Shown: positions 38,701 through 53,700, counted from the stretch's first letter. The stretch is DNA of 60,893 bases from Phoronis australis (GCA_002633005.1 NMRA01000061.1:867652-928544); one strand, 5' to 3'. Numbers and translations are program-made. The notes: a model not told the origin generated them from the letters alone.

Positions 38701-41700
38701 ATTTTCTTTAAGCTTGTAACCTAGACAGAGTTTCGACAAAAAACTTTCCAAGCAACAAAAATCACAAACCTCCGTAAAACAAACAACAGTGCCTTCATAT
38801 TTTGAATGTCTTGAGTAAGGAAACGAATCTGCTGCTTGATTTCGACATTGCCTGAACCTACCGTCGGCGGATAAAGCTTTTGTCGAATAGATCTTTCCGC
38901 GATTAAGTCCTGTGGCTACTGCAGGTGCGGCGGGGCTTGTTGACGAGTCTGACTTTGACACCTCTTCTGATTGCTTGGTGGAGCTAGTAGACAGACCTAA
39001 TCAGATGTAAATTTTACAAAACATTTGCAGATGTTCAATTGGCAATTGTACACGTTTTCCTTGCTGTATTATCTCTACTGCAGTTAAATCTTCTTCCTGG
39101 TAGATTCAAATATTGTCTTAACAAGAGACAGCTTGATTTCGATATAGTAAACCTACCGTCAGCGAGTGATGCTTTTGTCGAACTGATTCTTTCTGCAGTA
39201 GAACTTGAAGTGGAACTTATAGGCACTGAATTTGTGACAGGCCTTGATGTCGAGCTTGAATTTGACACAGCTTCTGAGCGTTTGGAGGAACTAATAGATA
39301 GACCTAGTCAAGAGTAAATTTTACAAAACATTAGCGAATGTTAAAATGGGAGTTGTACTCGTTTCTAATGATGTATTCATTTCCATTTAACATACAACAG
39401 CCCCTTCATGTTTCCAATACCTTGAGTATGGAAATGAAACTGCCACGTAGGTTAAAATATTATCCTAAATGCCATTAACAATAACAAGTGAAGTTTTATC
39501 TACGTTGCATTAAGTAAACGCTTTTACGTGATTGTATACAAAATGAACAGTCACTTAAATATTTCGTGTACAAAGTTACTGTTCCGCAAGTTTTAAAAAT
39601 ATCCACGAAGTAACAAACGTACAATTGTTTTCCTGACACACGTAATCTAGACTTAGTTTCGACAAAAGTTTTTTCCAGGCAGCAAAATTCACAGCTTCTG
39701 TAAATCATATAACAACCCCCCGTATTTTGAGTATCTTAAGTATGGGAAGGAATCTAAGGTTTGACTTGGATATGGATTGACTGTACCGTCAGCGTATGTA
39801 GCTTTTGTTGAATTGATTTTTCCTTTAGTAGACACCAACGTTGAGCTTATAGGCACTAAAGGTGCGGCAGGGCTTGTTGTCGAGTCTAACTTTGACATCA
39901 CTACCGAGTGCTTCGTGGAGATAGTAGATACACCTAGGCAAATGTGAATTTTGCAAAAATTCAGAGGATTTTTAAGTGGCACGTGTTTGCATTGACGTTC
40001 TCATTCTATTGCATTTGAATCAACCGGGTAGATTCAAATATTATCTTTATTGCCATTAACAATAACCAGTGAAGTCGTATAGGTTGTAGTAAGTGAACCC
40101 CTTGATTATTCATGTATATACGTTGAACTCTCATTAAAAAAAAAATTGTTAAAGAAGTTACTGCCTTATAAGTTTTAAGGATGATTTTACAGCAATAAAA
40201 CTCGATGGTTTTCTTAATATCTGTAGTCTAGGGAAAACTTCAACAGAAATCTCTCCAAGCAACAAAAGTTCGAAACCTCCGTAAACCACACAACAACCCC
40301 TTCATGTTTCGAATATCTTGAGTAAGGAAACGAAAGTACCATTTGATTTCGAGCTGCACAAAACTTACCGTAACCGGGTGATACTTTTGTCGAACTGGTT
40401 CTTTCTTTAGTAGACCCTGAAGTGGAGCTTATAGGTACTGCAACGACTCCGGGTCTTGTTGTCGAGTTTGACTTTGGCAGCTCTTCTGGGCGCTTGGACG
40501 AGCTGGTAGATAGACCTACTCAAGAGTAATTTTTTGAAACATTAGAAAGTGTTTAGTTTGTAACTGCACACGGTTTCAATGGTGTATTCAATCTACTGCG
40601 GCTAAACCTGAGTTTCGCAAAAATCTTTCTAAGCAACAAATATCCTTAACCTCCATCAAACATAAAATGATCCCATGCTGTTTTGAAAAAAATCCATGGC
40701 TTGATTTTGATCTGGTCTACCCATACCGTCAGCGGATGTAGCTTTTGTGGAACTGATTCTTCCTATAGAAGATCCTGGAGTGGAGCTTATATGCACTGAA
40801 ACTGTGGCAGGGCTTGTTGTCGAGTCTGGCTTTGACACCACTTCTGAGCGTTTCGTGGAGCTAGTGGATAGACCTAGGAAATGAGAATTTTGTGAAACGT
40901 AGATGTTTAATTGGTAATTTTACACGCTTGCATTGACGTGTGCATTCTATTGCATTTGAATCAACCACATTGATTGTCCTAATTATCATCAACAATAATT
41001 TCGTTTAATGTTATTTTCTCGTATGTCTTGAATATAATAATAAGGAAATGTAATAAGTGAACCATTTTACTTGATTGTATATACCAATCTGCCATGTAGA
41101 TTCAAATGTTATCCTTATTGTCATAAACAATAACCTTGAAGTCATGAATGTTGTAATAAGTGAACCATTTTATTTGATTGTATATACCTTGAACAGTCGC
41201 GTGGAAATTTCTTTAACGAAGTTACTATTCGGTAACTTTTAAAAATATCCACGAAGTAACACAGTTGTTTTCCTAACAACTGTAATCTAAGCAGAGTTTG
41301 GTCAAAAGTGTTTCCCAAACAACAAAATATACTCAACCCCCGTAAACCATATAACAATCCCTTCATGTTATGATTGTCGTAAGTACGGAAACTAATCTAA
41401 AATGACTGACCATACCGTCAGCGGATGTAGTTCTTGGCGAACTGATTCTTTCTGTAGTAGACCCTGAAGTTGAGCTTGTGGCTACTGAAACAGCGACAGG
41501 GCTTATTGTCGAGCCTGACTTAGAAATCACTTCTGAGCACTTTGTCGACCTAGTAGATAGACCTAGTCAAAGGTAATTTTTTCAAATTTTAGAGAGTGTT
41601 TAACTGACATGTGTACACGTTTATATGGACACGTTCATTCTATCAATCAGATTCAAATATTGTTTTAATTGTTATAAACAAGAACCAGTGAAGTCATGTA

Positions 41701-44700
41701 GGTTGCAGTTAGTAAACGTTTTTACTTGATTGTATCAACGCAGAACAGGTGCATAATAAAGCTTTGTTAACGCAGCTTGAGTTTTGTTAATTCAACGGGT
41801 AACCACAAAACATTGAATCGTCAGTAGTTTTCCCTGTACAAATAAGCATAACTCTGTCACACTTCGCCAAACTATGACTGCGTGGTCGAATACCAAGCTG
41901 TCACAATCGCCACAAACGCAACGTCTCGCCTTTCCTTTTTAAACTTCAAACCACGCGAAAACACGCAGCAGTAGGTGAAGATTTCACAATGAACACAATG
42001 TGAAGGATGACTGCCGTTGTGATTGGTTGTCCCAATTTCACGTCGGTAAAGCCTCGTAACTCGAAATCAGCTTATCATATCATACATAGTCAGACAATTT
42101 GCGGGTGTTCCGTAATTTAGAGCGACAGCACTCAGTCGAGCTAATCTCCAACATGACCCATATATAAATATACACACGTTGTTGTGCATCATAATGTACC
42201 CATTAACTAAACAATGATAGAGTCCTTCGAGTTCCAGTTACCTGCTCAAACTGGGTTTTTCAAACATTATTAGAAGCGACTCTAATGTTCGTGACATGTG
42301 TTCATCATTCTCAATGTATCGTTGCGCCGTTGCGGCTAAAAGCTGACAGAATAGAATATTCCTTGTGTAATCTAAATTATTTACCCGCGTTGCAAAAATT
42401 GAATTTCAACAATTATTCTGCTGCAAAAATTTTGGTGTGATCTTTTGCGTTGACTTTCGGCGCAAAGAGCTATTGCGTCACCTATTAGCCAGTATCTTTT
42501 TCCCAGATTCTTCAATCAAACGTTCTCCTTCGAGACATAACAACGCCACAAATGATCAGAATTGGTTTCACATCTTTATAATGTTTTTGGAATTTTGATA
42601 TCAGTAAACAGTAAACCTAATTTTAGATGTCGAAAACATTCTGGAACAAAATTGCTCTGTCGTTGTGTTAATATAGTTTTCACCCACCAATCAAAAACTG
42701 AATATTAGCACGGATACTCCTAGTCAAGATTGTTTTCAAATTACAATATCACGCATGCGCCCCCAGCCCCCCTAGGGGAGCGCGTGTCACATGCGGTTTC
42801 TTGTGTCGAACACAACTAGCATGGATTATAAAGTCTACGAAAAAATATGCGCGATTGTTTTGCCAATTTGGGTAGACTGGTGTCCCTGGTTAGATTATCT
42901 CGTGAACTTGATCAACTTACTGGGCGGAAAAGGTTGATCTTCTGGGTTCATTGTCGCTATGTCTCGTAGTTCCAGTGGTTGGTCTTCCTTTAATATTTGT
43001 TCCTCTTGATCTAGTAGCATGTTGATTTTTTTAATTCCCTTCTGCCAAGTAAACGCTTGCCTCCCCTGAAACACCAAAGGATTGTTGCATCCGTGTTAGG
43101 GCACACTAAAAGGGCATGTTACTTTGAGAAAAGCCGCCGCTTCCCGCTTGTTTCTGGTACTAACGTCAAATATGTCACGATTTTCATAAATAAAACAAGA
43201 CATTTAGGTTTCAACATAAATTCGATGTACTCCCAATCATCATGTAAATGAACGCATTGCTCATCTAATGGACAAGCTCCAAACTGCTTTACCCTTGTTC
43301 ATTGTATTCTGAACTTGAAAAATGAAAGGTGATTGTTTTCCTTGCTGGTGCTGTGGCCTTCTAGAGTATAGATGCAGGAAATGCCAGAGCAAAACAGTGA
43401 TTTCAGACGTCGAACTCCTGAATTCTGTGAATCAGTTATAAAACAATTGTTACTGTCAACAGAGCTGTATGATCGTAATGAATGTATGAAATAACAACAG
43501 CTTCAAATTATGTATACGTTTTACATCCGGGCCATAGTTTTGGGAGCTTGAAGGTGGACACCTCAGTAAACGGTGTCACATCAAGTCAATTTGTGATGCA
43601 CGTGATAAATGTCATAATTCAGATCCTTATGACCGTTATCCAGCAAAATCGGCATCCTAGCAAGGGTCTAGTGTATCCGTGTGTAAAGGAGGCTACTAAC
43701 AACAAATTGGAACTAAAGGCGCCACAGTTGTGGCATTTGTGATGCCTTGGTTTGGCGTTTCTATGGGGGTCACCTCTGCAGGTGATTGAAAACCGGAGTC
43801 TCTATCGTGGGCCCTCTATTTTAATGTAGAATGGGCACTCCTGAAGGTGGTTTAAAAGCGATATAGGGAGCAACCACTATTTTGTGGCTTTATGACCGAT
43901 TCACCCATATTAACATGAGTGGTGCCCGGCGTCCAAAGAACAGTATGGTGGGCCGTTGAGGGGAAAGTGTCGCCATAAAATTACGCTCGTAATTACGAGC
44001 GTAATTTAAATTGCAGGAATGTCGCCGTAAAATTACGACCGAACAGCGAGGCTCCCATGGTAGTATAGGGTCCTCGCTCTTCGATGGTCTTCAGACGAGC
44101 ACCCTAATCATTAATATAGGTTATATCCCTTCTAAGGCACGAAGTTGATTTTTGCTGACGTTACGATAACACATGAAAGAATACGTCATTTAAAATAATG
44201 CGCTGTTGCATGTGACTGTGAGCCACCGGCGCTCGAATTTCAGGATGACTCATAACGGTACCATGCATTAGAAACATAAAGGTTGGACACTAAAGCTTTG
44301 CCTAGCTGAGGTTCCCAACTTCAACTGTATAAATTCCAAAAAAAAATCTGCTTGCATCTCCCTCAAACTTATAATGAATTAGCGACGAAATTATCAAATC
44401 AATCTCAAAACTCTGAATTCAAGAACCTAAAACAGTTAACATGGCGAATTCTAGTTGCGCTGTAAATTGTACGCCTGTCTGAGATAAAATTTTGAGTTTG
44501 AGCAAGCAACCCCTATGTAAAAGTCGACTAATTTATCCCCAATTTAAATGACTAAGGTTACTAAAAATCCTTTTATTTGTGTGTAATGTGTTTCTCCTTA
44601 TAGCTCAATTTATCACTTAACCTAGAATTCAGTTGCAAGAAGTGTCGTATCTTGTGTTTGATCTTGACATTCTGTGCTATTATATGTCGAACCACAACGA

Positions 44701-47700
44701 AAACTCAGATTTTGGCGGGAATTTCCGATGTCTTACAGTACGTTTAGTCTCGGTAAATCACCTATCGGCAATTGTCTGAGTTCAGAGTAACCAGCGTTAG
44801 TAGCCAGCAACCCTGGTAATTCAGTAACAAACAACATTGCTTTTCATAAGCAGAGTTTAACTACATTCGAACTGATGCTAAATTATGTGGAGGGCACTCA
44901 AATAAAATTCGTTGGGCGCGAGAAAACATAGCTTCGGAATTGCTTCGAAAGCGTCCGCCAAAAACCCGGATGCTCGAACGTGGTCTACCATGAACGTCTT
45001 ACGTCACAAAATAAGGTCCTTGAATTTGTGATTTTGGTGTTTTCTGTCATTTTTGTCCTCAAATCAGCACTCGAAGGCAATTTGAAGTGATCAAGTGAAA
45101 GAAGGTATTCAGAGATTTGTCCGATGCTGTTTTCGTGGAGTTTCATGCACATTTGAGTGGAGAATTTCAAGTAAACAGATTTTAAGTGGCCAACTTTTAT
45201 GTTTCCTGAGTAATGAGTGACGTCAGTGGTGATCGAGGAACAGATAAACTCAAGCGTCTGTGCTCTAAGCGGCATATGAAAAATTTAATATACGCATTCA
45301 TCAGGCCTTTTAGAAATCTTAAACCTGCATTTCGAACTTTTTTATGTATATATATCTTTTACTCTCATACTTGTTACGGAGATGGATTCCACTTGTGTTG
45401 TCTACTCAAGTCACAAGCAATGCATACGTACACGATTTTCGGTTTACAAAATTTCATGGTTGGTCAATCCTTTTAACTTCTGATGCTTTTTAGTTGAGTC
45501 GCCAGCGGTTTCAATGCTCTTGTTGTTAAAAGCCACAAAATCATTTTACGGTAAGCAATGTCATGAGACCGATTTTATTAGCGTAGAGGGCCTCATTCAG
45601 GTGTTTAGTGATTACGAACATGTAACTATTATGACGCGACTAGGGCCCACAACTTGGAATAGAAATGCACATTGACACTTCTTCAAATATTTTGCAAGTT
45701 TTGGATATTTTTAAGATCCAGGTAACTACGGGGACCAATTAGGGCAATTGTTTTTTTTTTCAAACTTTTGTGTTTGGATTAATCGATAGGCTCATACAAA
45801 TGTTGCGTCCATTGTACGCTGCCGGGTAGTTCAGAAGGATTTGGATCCACCGGGTCCATAGTCAGTTAACAATTTTCGAACTGCTTAATAATTCACAGCT
45901 ATGCGTACATGTACATCTGTACTAATTGTTCTTATTATTATTGTATTCACTTTCAGCATTTTAACTTTGTTTGACTGGGTTATAAACGTCAATACCACGT
46001 CGTGCTAAATAAACGAATTCCTTTTGATTCAGCTCAACACGTCAAATTGCAAATTTAGACAAAATACGTCTAAACTACGCTAATAATCATTTGCACTCAA
46101 GCCAGTTGACATGATTGTTACCAAAATCATTATCATTTTCAGGCTAATCATTTCTGATCTCATCTTGGCCTAGTCTACTGGGGACCATTTATTTCACCGC
46201 CAGGATCGCAATCCTAGTATGACGAAAAGGAAGTGTAAAGCACTTGTGTAAACAAAATGTGTGGCTTTTGTGTGAATCTGAGTTCTAACGGGAGCAAATG
46301 CCTGAAACCTCACCTCGAGAATTGTAAAACCGTGACCCATTACTGCCAAACTTCGGGATGAATTTGTGGTAAATGTATTTGTTGCCGTACACTGCAAAAA
46401 CGAGGAGTTCGCCCCAGTAGCCATCCAACATACCCTGCAAATGTATTGAGTAAATCGTTTAACTTCGTGGGCTACTGGACGAGACGCTGCGATGCTTGTC
46501 GATCCACATTCCTCATCTGAAATTTTTTAAGGTTACTATTTGCTAGGGTCATATTTCTCAAACATTTTATGAAACCAAGAGACCTTATTTTTGAAATCCT
46601 TTGTGAGCAAAGAAATACGTCGTGTGCGCAGAAATACGGTGCCGAAATGTTTGGGTTTCTTTCTTAAAAATCGGACGAGCTTCTGTCGCAGATGTCAAAA
46701 TCTTTACGACTGAACTTACAAATTCTGTTCATTTTATTACTTATAGAATCGTAACGGGACATTTGATTTTTTGAACGTGTTTTTCCAAAAAAGTGGACTT
46801 AAGCACACAGGGAAAATTAGAAATCTCCGTTTTGGATGTCTCAGACTACGACAGCCGAAAAATCGGATTAACAGAATTTGCAGTTGGCGAGCTAGAAAAA
46901 ACACGTGTCGAGTGACATGACTACAAACGGGCGTATACAGCTCAACTGTCACTCACTGTTGCAAACATGGAGATAAAACACAGTGATCTCGTGGCTAAAT
47001 GTTCTATTAGGGAACTGGGAACCGTTCCAAAAATGATTTAGCTAAGCCAAATCTTAAACTTCAATCAATTTCAAGATAAGTTTGTCTTAAATCCTTTGCA
47101 CGAATGTGATCTTAAATTTGCCATAAGACTTTTACTCAGGTTTGTCTTAAGTTTGATGTAACTTACCGGCTGTGAAAATTTCAAAGTTTGGACAAAAAGA
47201 CAAATCTTAGACTTATGTGAAAAGTGAACTTAAGTTGGTTTCTTAGAACGGGCCCCTGGCGGAGTATCTGAAATAAAACGTGGTGAAGGAAAACCAAAAC
47301 CAGAGTCTACCTACAGTTTTAACAGACTTCAGATGGTGGGAGGAAATCTATTTCTTATGCACGGCTTTCATCCAGCGATGGTACGTACGTGACACGCGGG
47401 TAATTACCAGCTCAATATGACTGTTTTGTTCAGTGAAAAACGTGCGCTTGCAGAGCTGAGCATAAAACCTGTATCCACTCAACAGCAACTATGTACAGTA
47501 CTGATCGCGAGCAAATCGAGAAACCGGCCTGATCGATGATCCAGTGTATTTAGATAGTGCCATTATTGCACAAAACATTGTTTTGGGACTTTTATTTTCG
47601 AACAGATGACAGGTATTTTAGACATGCTTGATCACAAAGTTGCCTACAATCGAAGAACTATTTTTTTCAAATCTTTTAGCTTTCCATTGACGTCGGTTTT

Positions 47701-50700
47701 TCTTGGAAAATACACGGTTCTTGAGTTGTGTAATATATATGTTTTCCGAATTTCTAATTTTAGTTTTTTGAAGTATATAAATTGTACCTTACATAACAAG
47801 AAAGCTAGTATTCAACTATTTCTGAGTAATAACTTTTCGGATAAAAGGCCATTCGAGTGAGGACATTGTGCGAGGTGTGTTACGAAGTTGCTCCGAAGGG
47901 TTGATAATCCGAAAAAAATCTTCAGAATTACATGAAACGCAGACGCCATTTCCTTCCTGTATGCAAACTGGACTGCGCATTTTGCTTTTACATTCGTCGT
48001 TGACTTTCCTTTTGTAATACCTTACCATCGTGTTGATGTCTGTATGATGAGTTAGTCCGTTGTTACGTGTTACTGGTATGTGTCCAACTCCCCGCACTGT
48101 TGGGTCATTTGGTTGACACATATCTTGCAACCAAGATTTTGGAGTGCAGACCCAACAAGTTCTACTAACATACTTACTAATGCTTGGCTTGGTAAAAATA
48201 TAAGTCCGTTTACCCAACTTCCTTGTTCTCTTGATGAGGTGTCGACGTGTGGAGGCACTTGTAAGGCAATCGATGGGAACTTACTCTGTAAGCGGAAAAG
48301 CATGTGTAATCAATCGTACTCTTTACGTACTGGAGTCACCGTTCCGGAGATATGAACATAGTGAAGTACCGGACTTGGCGATTTGTTCGCAGCACATCTG
48401 TCGAGCGAATGCCTGCTGCATGGTGAGGACACACCGTCTCAGAAAATAGCTGCAACATACATGTGGGAAGGTAGTTTGAAATTTTTGGACGATTTCCACA
48501 AAATAAAACCGATGAAAATAAAAGTTCTTCAAACTAGCACATTGTAAACACCATGTGTCTGACTTGCTGAATCATAGCTCCGTTAATTTTCTTGTCATTT
48601 TCCGGCATTCTTGCCCGAGTTTTAAATAACGCTTTTATGAATTGGGGATGGGAGTGAATCTGCCTAGTAGCGGAGTCATCTATCAGTTGTCACCTCGGTA
48701 CAATTTACGCGACAATTTGTCATGAGCAATGAAGTCAGAAACGTGAGATAACATTCTGATGAAACTGTGACTCTGTGAAAGCAACACCCTTTTCGCGTTG
48801 TCCGACTTACTGACCACGTCACATGTCAGATTTGTGGCTTTTTACTTTCCATTGTTTTCGTTCTCAAAGTATCCGTAGTAGGTCAAATATGCAAAATAGT
48901 TCAAAAAACGCCTTAATAAGGGAAATGCTCCCAGAGAGTCAGTGTGGACATCCTGTAAGAAAGTGTAAATATGTGCTTGCAACAATTACCTTTCCATAGG
49001 AAAAGCCATCGCTAGCTTCACTGGTACCTGAACTATCTGTAACACAAGAAAGATTGCATGCTACATATACACGTGAAATATAGCATGCCAGTTCATCCTG
49101 ATATAAGACGATGGGCACTTGCTTCTGCCGCATACTTTCACTCAATTTGTGTATGTATACATGCTTGGTATCGTCTTCCAGTTTGGATAGATCTGACAGC
49201 CGAGAAACTGTTCGCACTTGACGGGTTACCCGGCGACTTTTTCCATACGTATGTCGTGCACGGTCGCGTGACATGCACGTTTCCGACGGCTAATGGGAAC
49301 CAAAGCTAGACTTTTTGAAGAATATTTTACACAGTGCTTTGAGCTGCAAGTTGCAAAAATGAGTCTGACGCAGACCAAAACCAATTACGCTATTTTGGAA
49401 GTTTTCACATCATCAAGCATGCAAAGTGCGAGAGGCAAGATTTGATGCACGGCTACCTTAAATTTTGAACATGATGGCCAAAGCCAAAAATTACGATGCT
49501 AATTTTTGTAGTCTTAGTATAACCTGAAAGTGTTAATATTTACACGTAAAACTTGCTTTTGGCACACTCGATTCATAACTGAGAGATCAATGAGACATCA
49601 CATTGACGCAATCAATCTACTGTAGTTTGTATCAGTGTGTGCCTCATAACACATGTATTTTCACACACTTAACTATTTTTTAAATAACGTATTGTTTTTA
49701 TTCGAAACTGCACTGTTACCTTTCCGTTATCAGATTTAGTGAAGTTGACGAAGTGGCTCCTCTTGGAACCGTCAAGATTAGAAGTCTCCACAATCTCTTG
49801 CCTATTATCAGTCCAGTAAAGCTTCCTATACGGAACAAGGTACATATATCATAAAGGGCAACCTTCAACGTTGATGAGAGTACACCGTGTCACAAATGGG
49901 AAAGTTATCAGACATGATTAATTTTTCAATCAATGAGGTCACAAATGTCCCAAGTTCATAAGCACTTTTCTCTTCGGGGGTAGCATTCAGAGTTTATGTT
50001 TCTAAGTTTTTGCTTTCCATTGTTATTAAGTTTTGAGTTGTTCAAGTTACTTTAATTTCTCCTTAGGTCATTGCCATGCCGACGTTTCCTGTATTGTTAA
50101 AATGTGCGTGCAAATCAAATTGTATACATTCGGAAATTGACATATTTTTACCTTTTAGAAAAGTGAACGTATCAACGGAAAAAAACATAAAAACATGTTG
50201 GTGTTTGCCCAGTTTCAAATATATTTCTAAATACAGCATAATGTTGCTTTCAAAACAGAACATTTCACCTTTCTGGAACCCTAGCAGTAAGCTTGTGCTT
50301 ACTTTCGGATAATGCATTACAAAAAACCGTATGTTGTTCTCTTTCTGGAGGTGGAGGCTTATTAAAATCTCAGTGAGCGGTACGGCACTTGTACATGCGG
50401 CGCATTCACACCCATGCGCCTGTATCCAAAATGTTGCGCTTTTGAAAAATATTTTTTTCAAATACTTGACATGTTTTGGCATGCACTGAAGCTCCATGTA
50501 TACGCATAGACACAAGTGGCTATCCCTTATAGGAGGCGATTGCATTTTTTATTGCAAGAATATTGTCACGGCTCCCTCGTAATCATCACAATACACTTTG
50601 CTATATTGCATTTTGGTCCATTTTCAATACTTGTCATTTACCATTGTAAATGCTAAACTGAATAGAAGTCAACGACTATCGGTACTACTGTTTATTTTGC

Positions 50701-53700
50701 ATAATGTCGCATGTGCTAAGTTTGGATGTAGTCGCAACTTCACATCCGTCACTATGAAATTTTGCCCGTCAAAAAACAAAAAGCGACAAGAAGCTGTGTA
50801 ATCTACTAGTGAGTCATTTAAATAATATACAGCACGGGTTAGAAGATTATTTTGAAGGAAAATAAAACGTTTTCAATTTCTTTTCTTTTCGTCAGTACGG
50901 TAGAACGGACCCATCTGATTTCGACAGAACAATTTCTTAGTACTGCCGCCTCCCGGTTGGGTATGAAAAATTAACCGTGTATTAAACTTCAATGATAAAT
51001 TTCCTAATATATATGTGGATGAATACTTTAGAATAACCGTTCAGCATTTGCTTGGCATGAGAGAGTTCTCAATCACAGAGCTCCCAAGTTGACGACACGG
51101 CGTAGGCTCCATGTAAAAAGAATTTTACACCTTTCCGGACACTCGCTATCAGCGTTAAGTAGGCTACTCAAATATCGGATAAAATAGGTTTAGTATACAC
51201 TCGTGTACAACTCTCAACCAGAAAACCAGGAAACGTGATTTTATCATTGACTGGACGTTCATATGTGAATCTGAGAACACTGTGGTTTTCTATAGGCTGA
51301 CTTATTATATCAGCAGTTTGCGGAATAGACATAGTGCCGTCTACGTTCTGAACATTAATAATGTACTTGTCAACTAACAGAACAATGATGATTTCTAAAA
51401 ACACAAATACAGCGTTGCCGTTTTTCAAAAATTAAATGATGTCATGCCATAAACTATAGATTTTTAGGCTAAATCAAAGTTTAGAAATCATCTAAAGAAC
51501 ACAAGATTTCCAGGGTATGCGTTGTGCTGTATCACCAAGTTCCTTTGTGGATTTGCCAAAAAGTAACCCAGCCACTGACACGTGCATACGACAGGGCACA
51601 TGAGCCTTGTGCATAATAGCATCTGATACCCACGCACACATACACGCGAAGACACACGAGAACGCACGAGTTACCTTCGGATTGGATCTACAGTTATCCC
51701 ACCGAGGAAAAATTCGCCACATAAGAGTTTGCGAACCATGGTCAAGTTATTGCCTTTGTCAATCCCCGTCCAAATACACTTGTTGTGATCATCAGTCCAG
51801 TAAATCTCAGACGTCACCCAATCGACGGTGAAAGCTGTTGGCATACAACATATTGGCTTCCAGAGGGTTTACGGTAAAGCGCCCATGACGTTTTTTCGGA
51901 AACGGCGATTTCTTCAAGTCGCTTTTCGTTCCCTAAAAAACGCCCAGGTGCTTCTACAGAGACTTGGAGATGCTGTCCTGTTCACGTAAGATCTCTGAAA
52001 TGACCTAATACCAAGGTTTACTACTTCACTGTTAGTTATAGTGGTGTAAGTATGAAAAGTGCCTCCAATTTATGAGGACCGTTAAAAATGTTAGATTTGG
52101 CAATTTGAGGCGCTAACCATTTCAAAGGAGAGTGGCAAGATGTATATGAGAAAAGCACTAGATTGACAAACTGTTCCAGCTACTTTAGCCGTTGATTAGA
52201 TAACTGGTCATGGGTTACCCGGCGGAACGGTTATGTGGCAATGGTCCGAAACTGCACCAGTCCGAAGGTGCACTAGTCTGAAAATATGTAACGTTTCGTA
52301 CTCAGGTGTATTTTTAATATTTTTACATGCAATAACGCACAATACTGTATCCCTGTGAATTTGAAATTGTAATTATCTTTTCCCCTGAGTGCTTGGACTT
52401 ACATTTGTCCAAGTTTACGCATAGCTGATCCTGGAACAAGCGTGATTTGAACTTGATGCAGAACATTGAGGCCAATCAAAAACCAGGTTTTACAAAGTCT
52501 TTAAAACGCTTTAACTGTTGTTTTCTCCAACTTGTTAATTACTAGATAGTTTATGAGTTTAATATGCAGCAGTGGTTTGATGTTGATAGCAACACATCGG
52601 ACATTCCTCCCTTTAGAGTACCTGGCACGTATAACCGCTAGAGGTTGCAACAGTCGGTGGACTGGAGCAAGGGGAGCGATTATCCCTCGATGAAAAAAGT
52701 GTATTACGCCTCTCGTCGACTTTTTGGAGTTTCAGGTCACTTCTAATTTAAGTGTTGCGATCGATACCTGGTCGACGGTTGTCAGTCATCAGATATCCTA
52801 AGCAAGTTGTTCTTAAACTTACCATTGCACGACATATTCTGCCGTAAGATCGTCACTCCATCTAGGTCGTGCTGTCTTTTAATAGATCTTTTATGTAGTG
52901 TGCTTCTGTCCTTTACAAAGAAATACAATGTGCGCTGCTTTACATTTGTGCCGAGAAGCACCCGATTGTGCGTCGTTGTTGCATTTGTTGAAGACAAGGA
53001 ATCGTAGTGAGCCAGCCACCTAAATCCCAGATATTGTTTCTCGTACGTATCTTTAATGTAAGACGCCAGTCCAATGGCATTTTTCTCTTGCGAGTCAACC
53101 ACGAGAAATCCTCTGTCGGGAAAGTCGAAGTCAACTAGAGAGTAAAATGTGTAAAAAATGCGAGATTTTGAAAATAATACAACGCAACGACAAATTTAAA
53201 TATTTTATACACTGCATTGCATCGTCTTGATTGTAATGAGTTGTACTTTCATTCTAAACTTAGACCTTCGTCAGATACTCATGCAAAGTTCGTGAACTTT
53301 GGCTCCTTCAAAAACACACTGTCTTACGTCTATTTCACTGTTTTGTAGGAATGGTTTATGTACACAAATATGTAATGGCAAACATCTGAAGACAATAAAA
53401 AACACTTTGGCAGCCCGCACTCTCTTGATGCTTATGGGTCGCCGCCGAGTCCGACCGGCCATCAGTGATTTGTTTTCATTCAGCGTTCAAGTTAAAAGTC
53501 ATCTAGCTGGGAACCTGTGACCCAGCTAGCCCATATAGTACTGTTGTGCGTCAACTTAGAATCCTGCCAAATCTCAAGATTAAGCAGAAGCGAGTGTTGC
53601 GTGAACTTAGAATACGCGAGGCAACTTGTCAAATTTACTCAAATAACCACGTTGATGTTCATAAAAATTTGCACTGCACTAAATCAAGTTACATTTGAAT

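Noticed and set aside
37288-41562. CRISPR-like or satellite array
   Set aside because: Units are 300-700 bp exon-plus-intron duplications with splice sites and open frames; there are no short identical repeats, spacers or cas genes.
41840-41940. RRCVCGDCDSL as the missing post-propeller EGF exon
   Set aside because: No convincing splice sites or full six-Cys pattern; the context looks like TE sequence.
42890-43970. Env-like or other decayed coding remnant (RNKR furin-like site)
   Set aside because: Multiple stops and no diagnostic motif or LTR context.
46194-46424. Ig-like strand LQCTATNTFTTNSSRSLAV
   Set aside because: This frame is incompatible with neighbouring exon phases; the alternative frame (FAVYGNKYIY) fits a propeller blade and exits in phase 1.
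51168-51428. 86-aa minus ORF as an exon of the receptor gene
   Set aside because: It matches the Penelope RT at 10583-10990, and the flanking YWTD exons join in phase without it.
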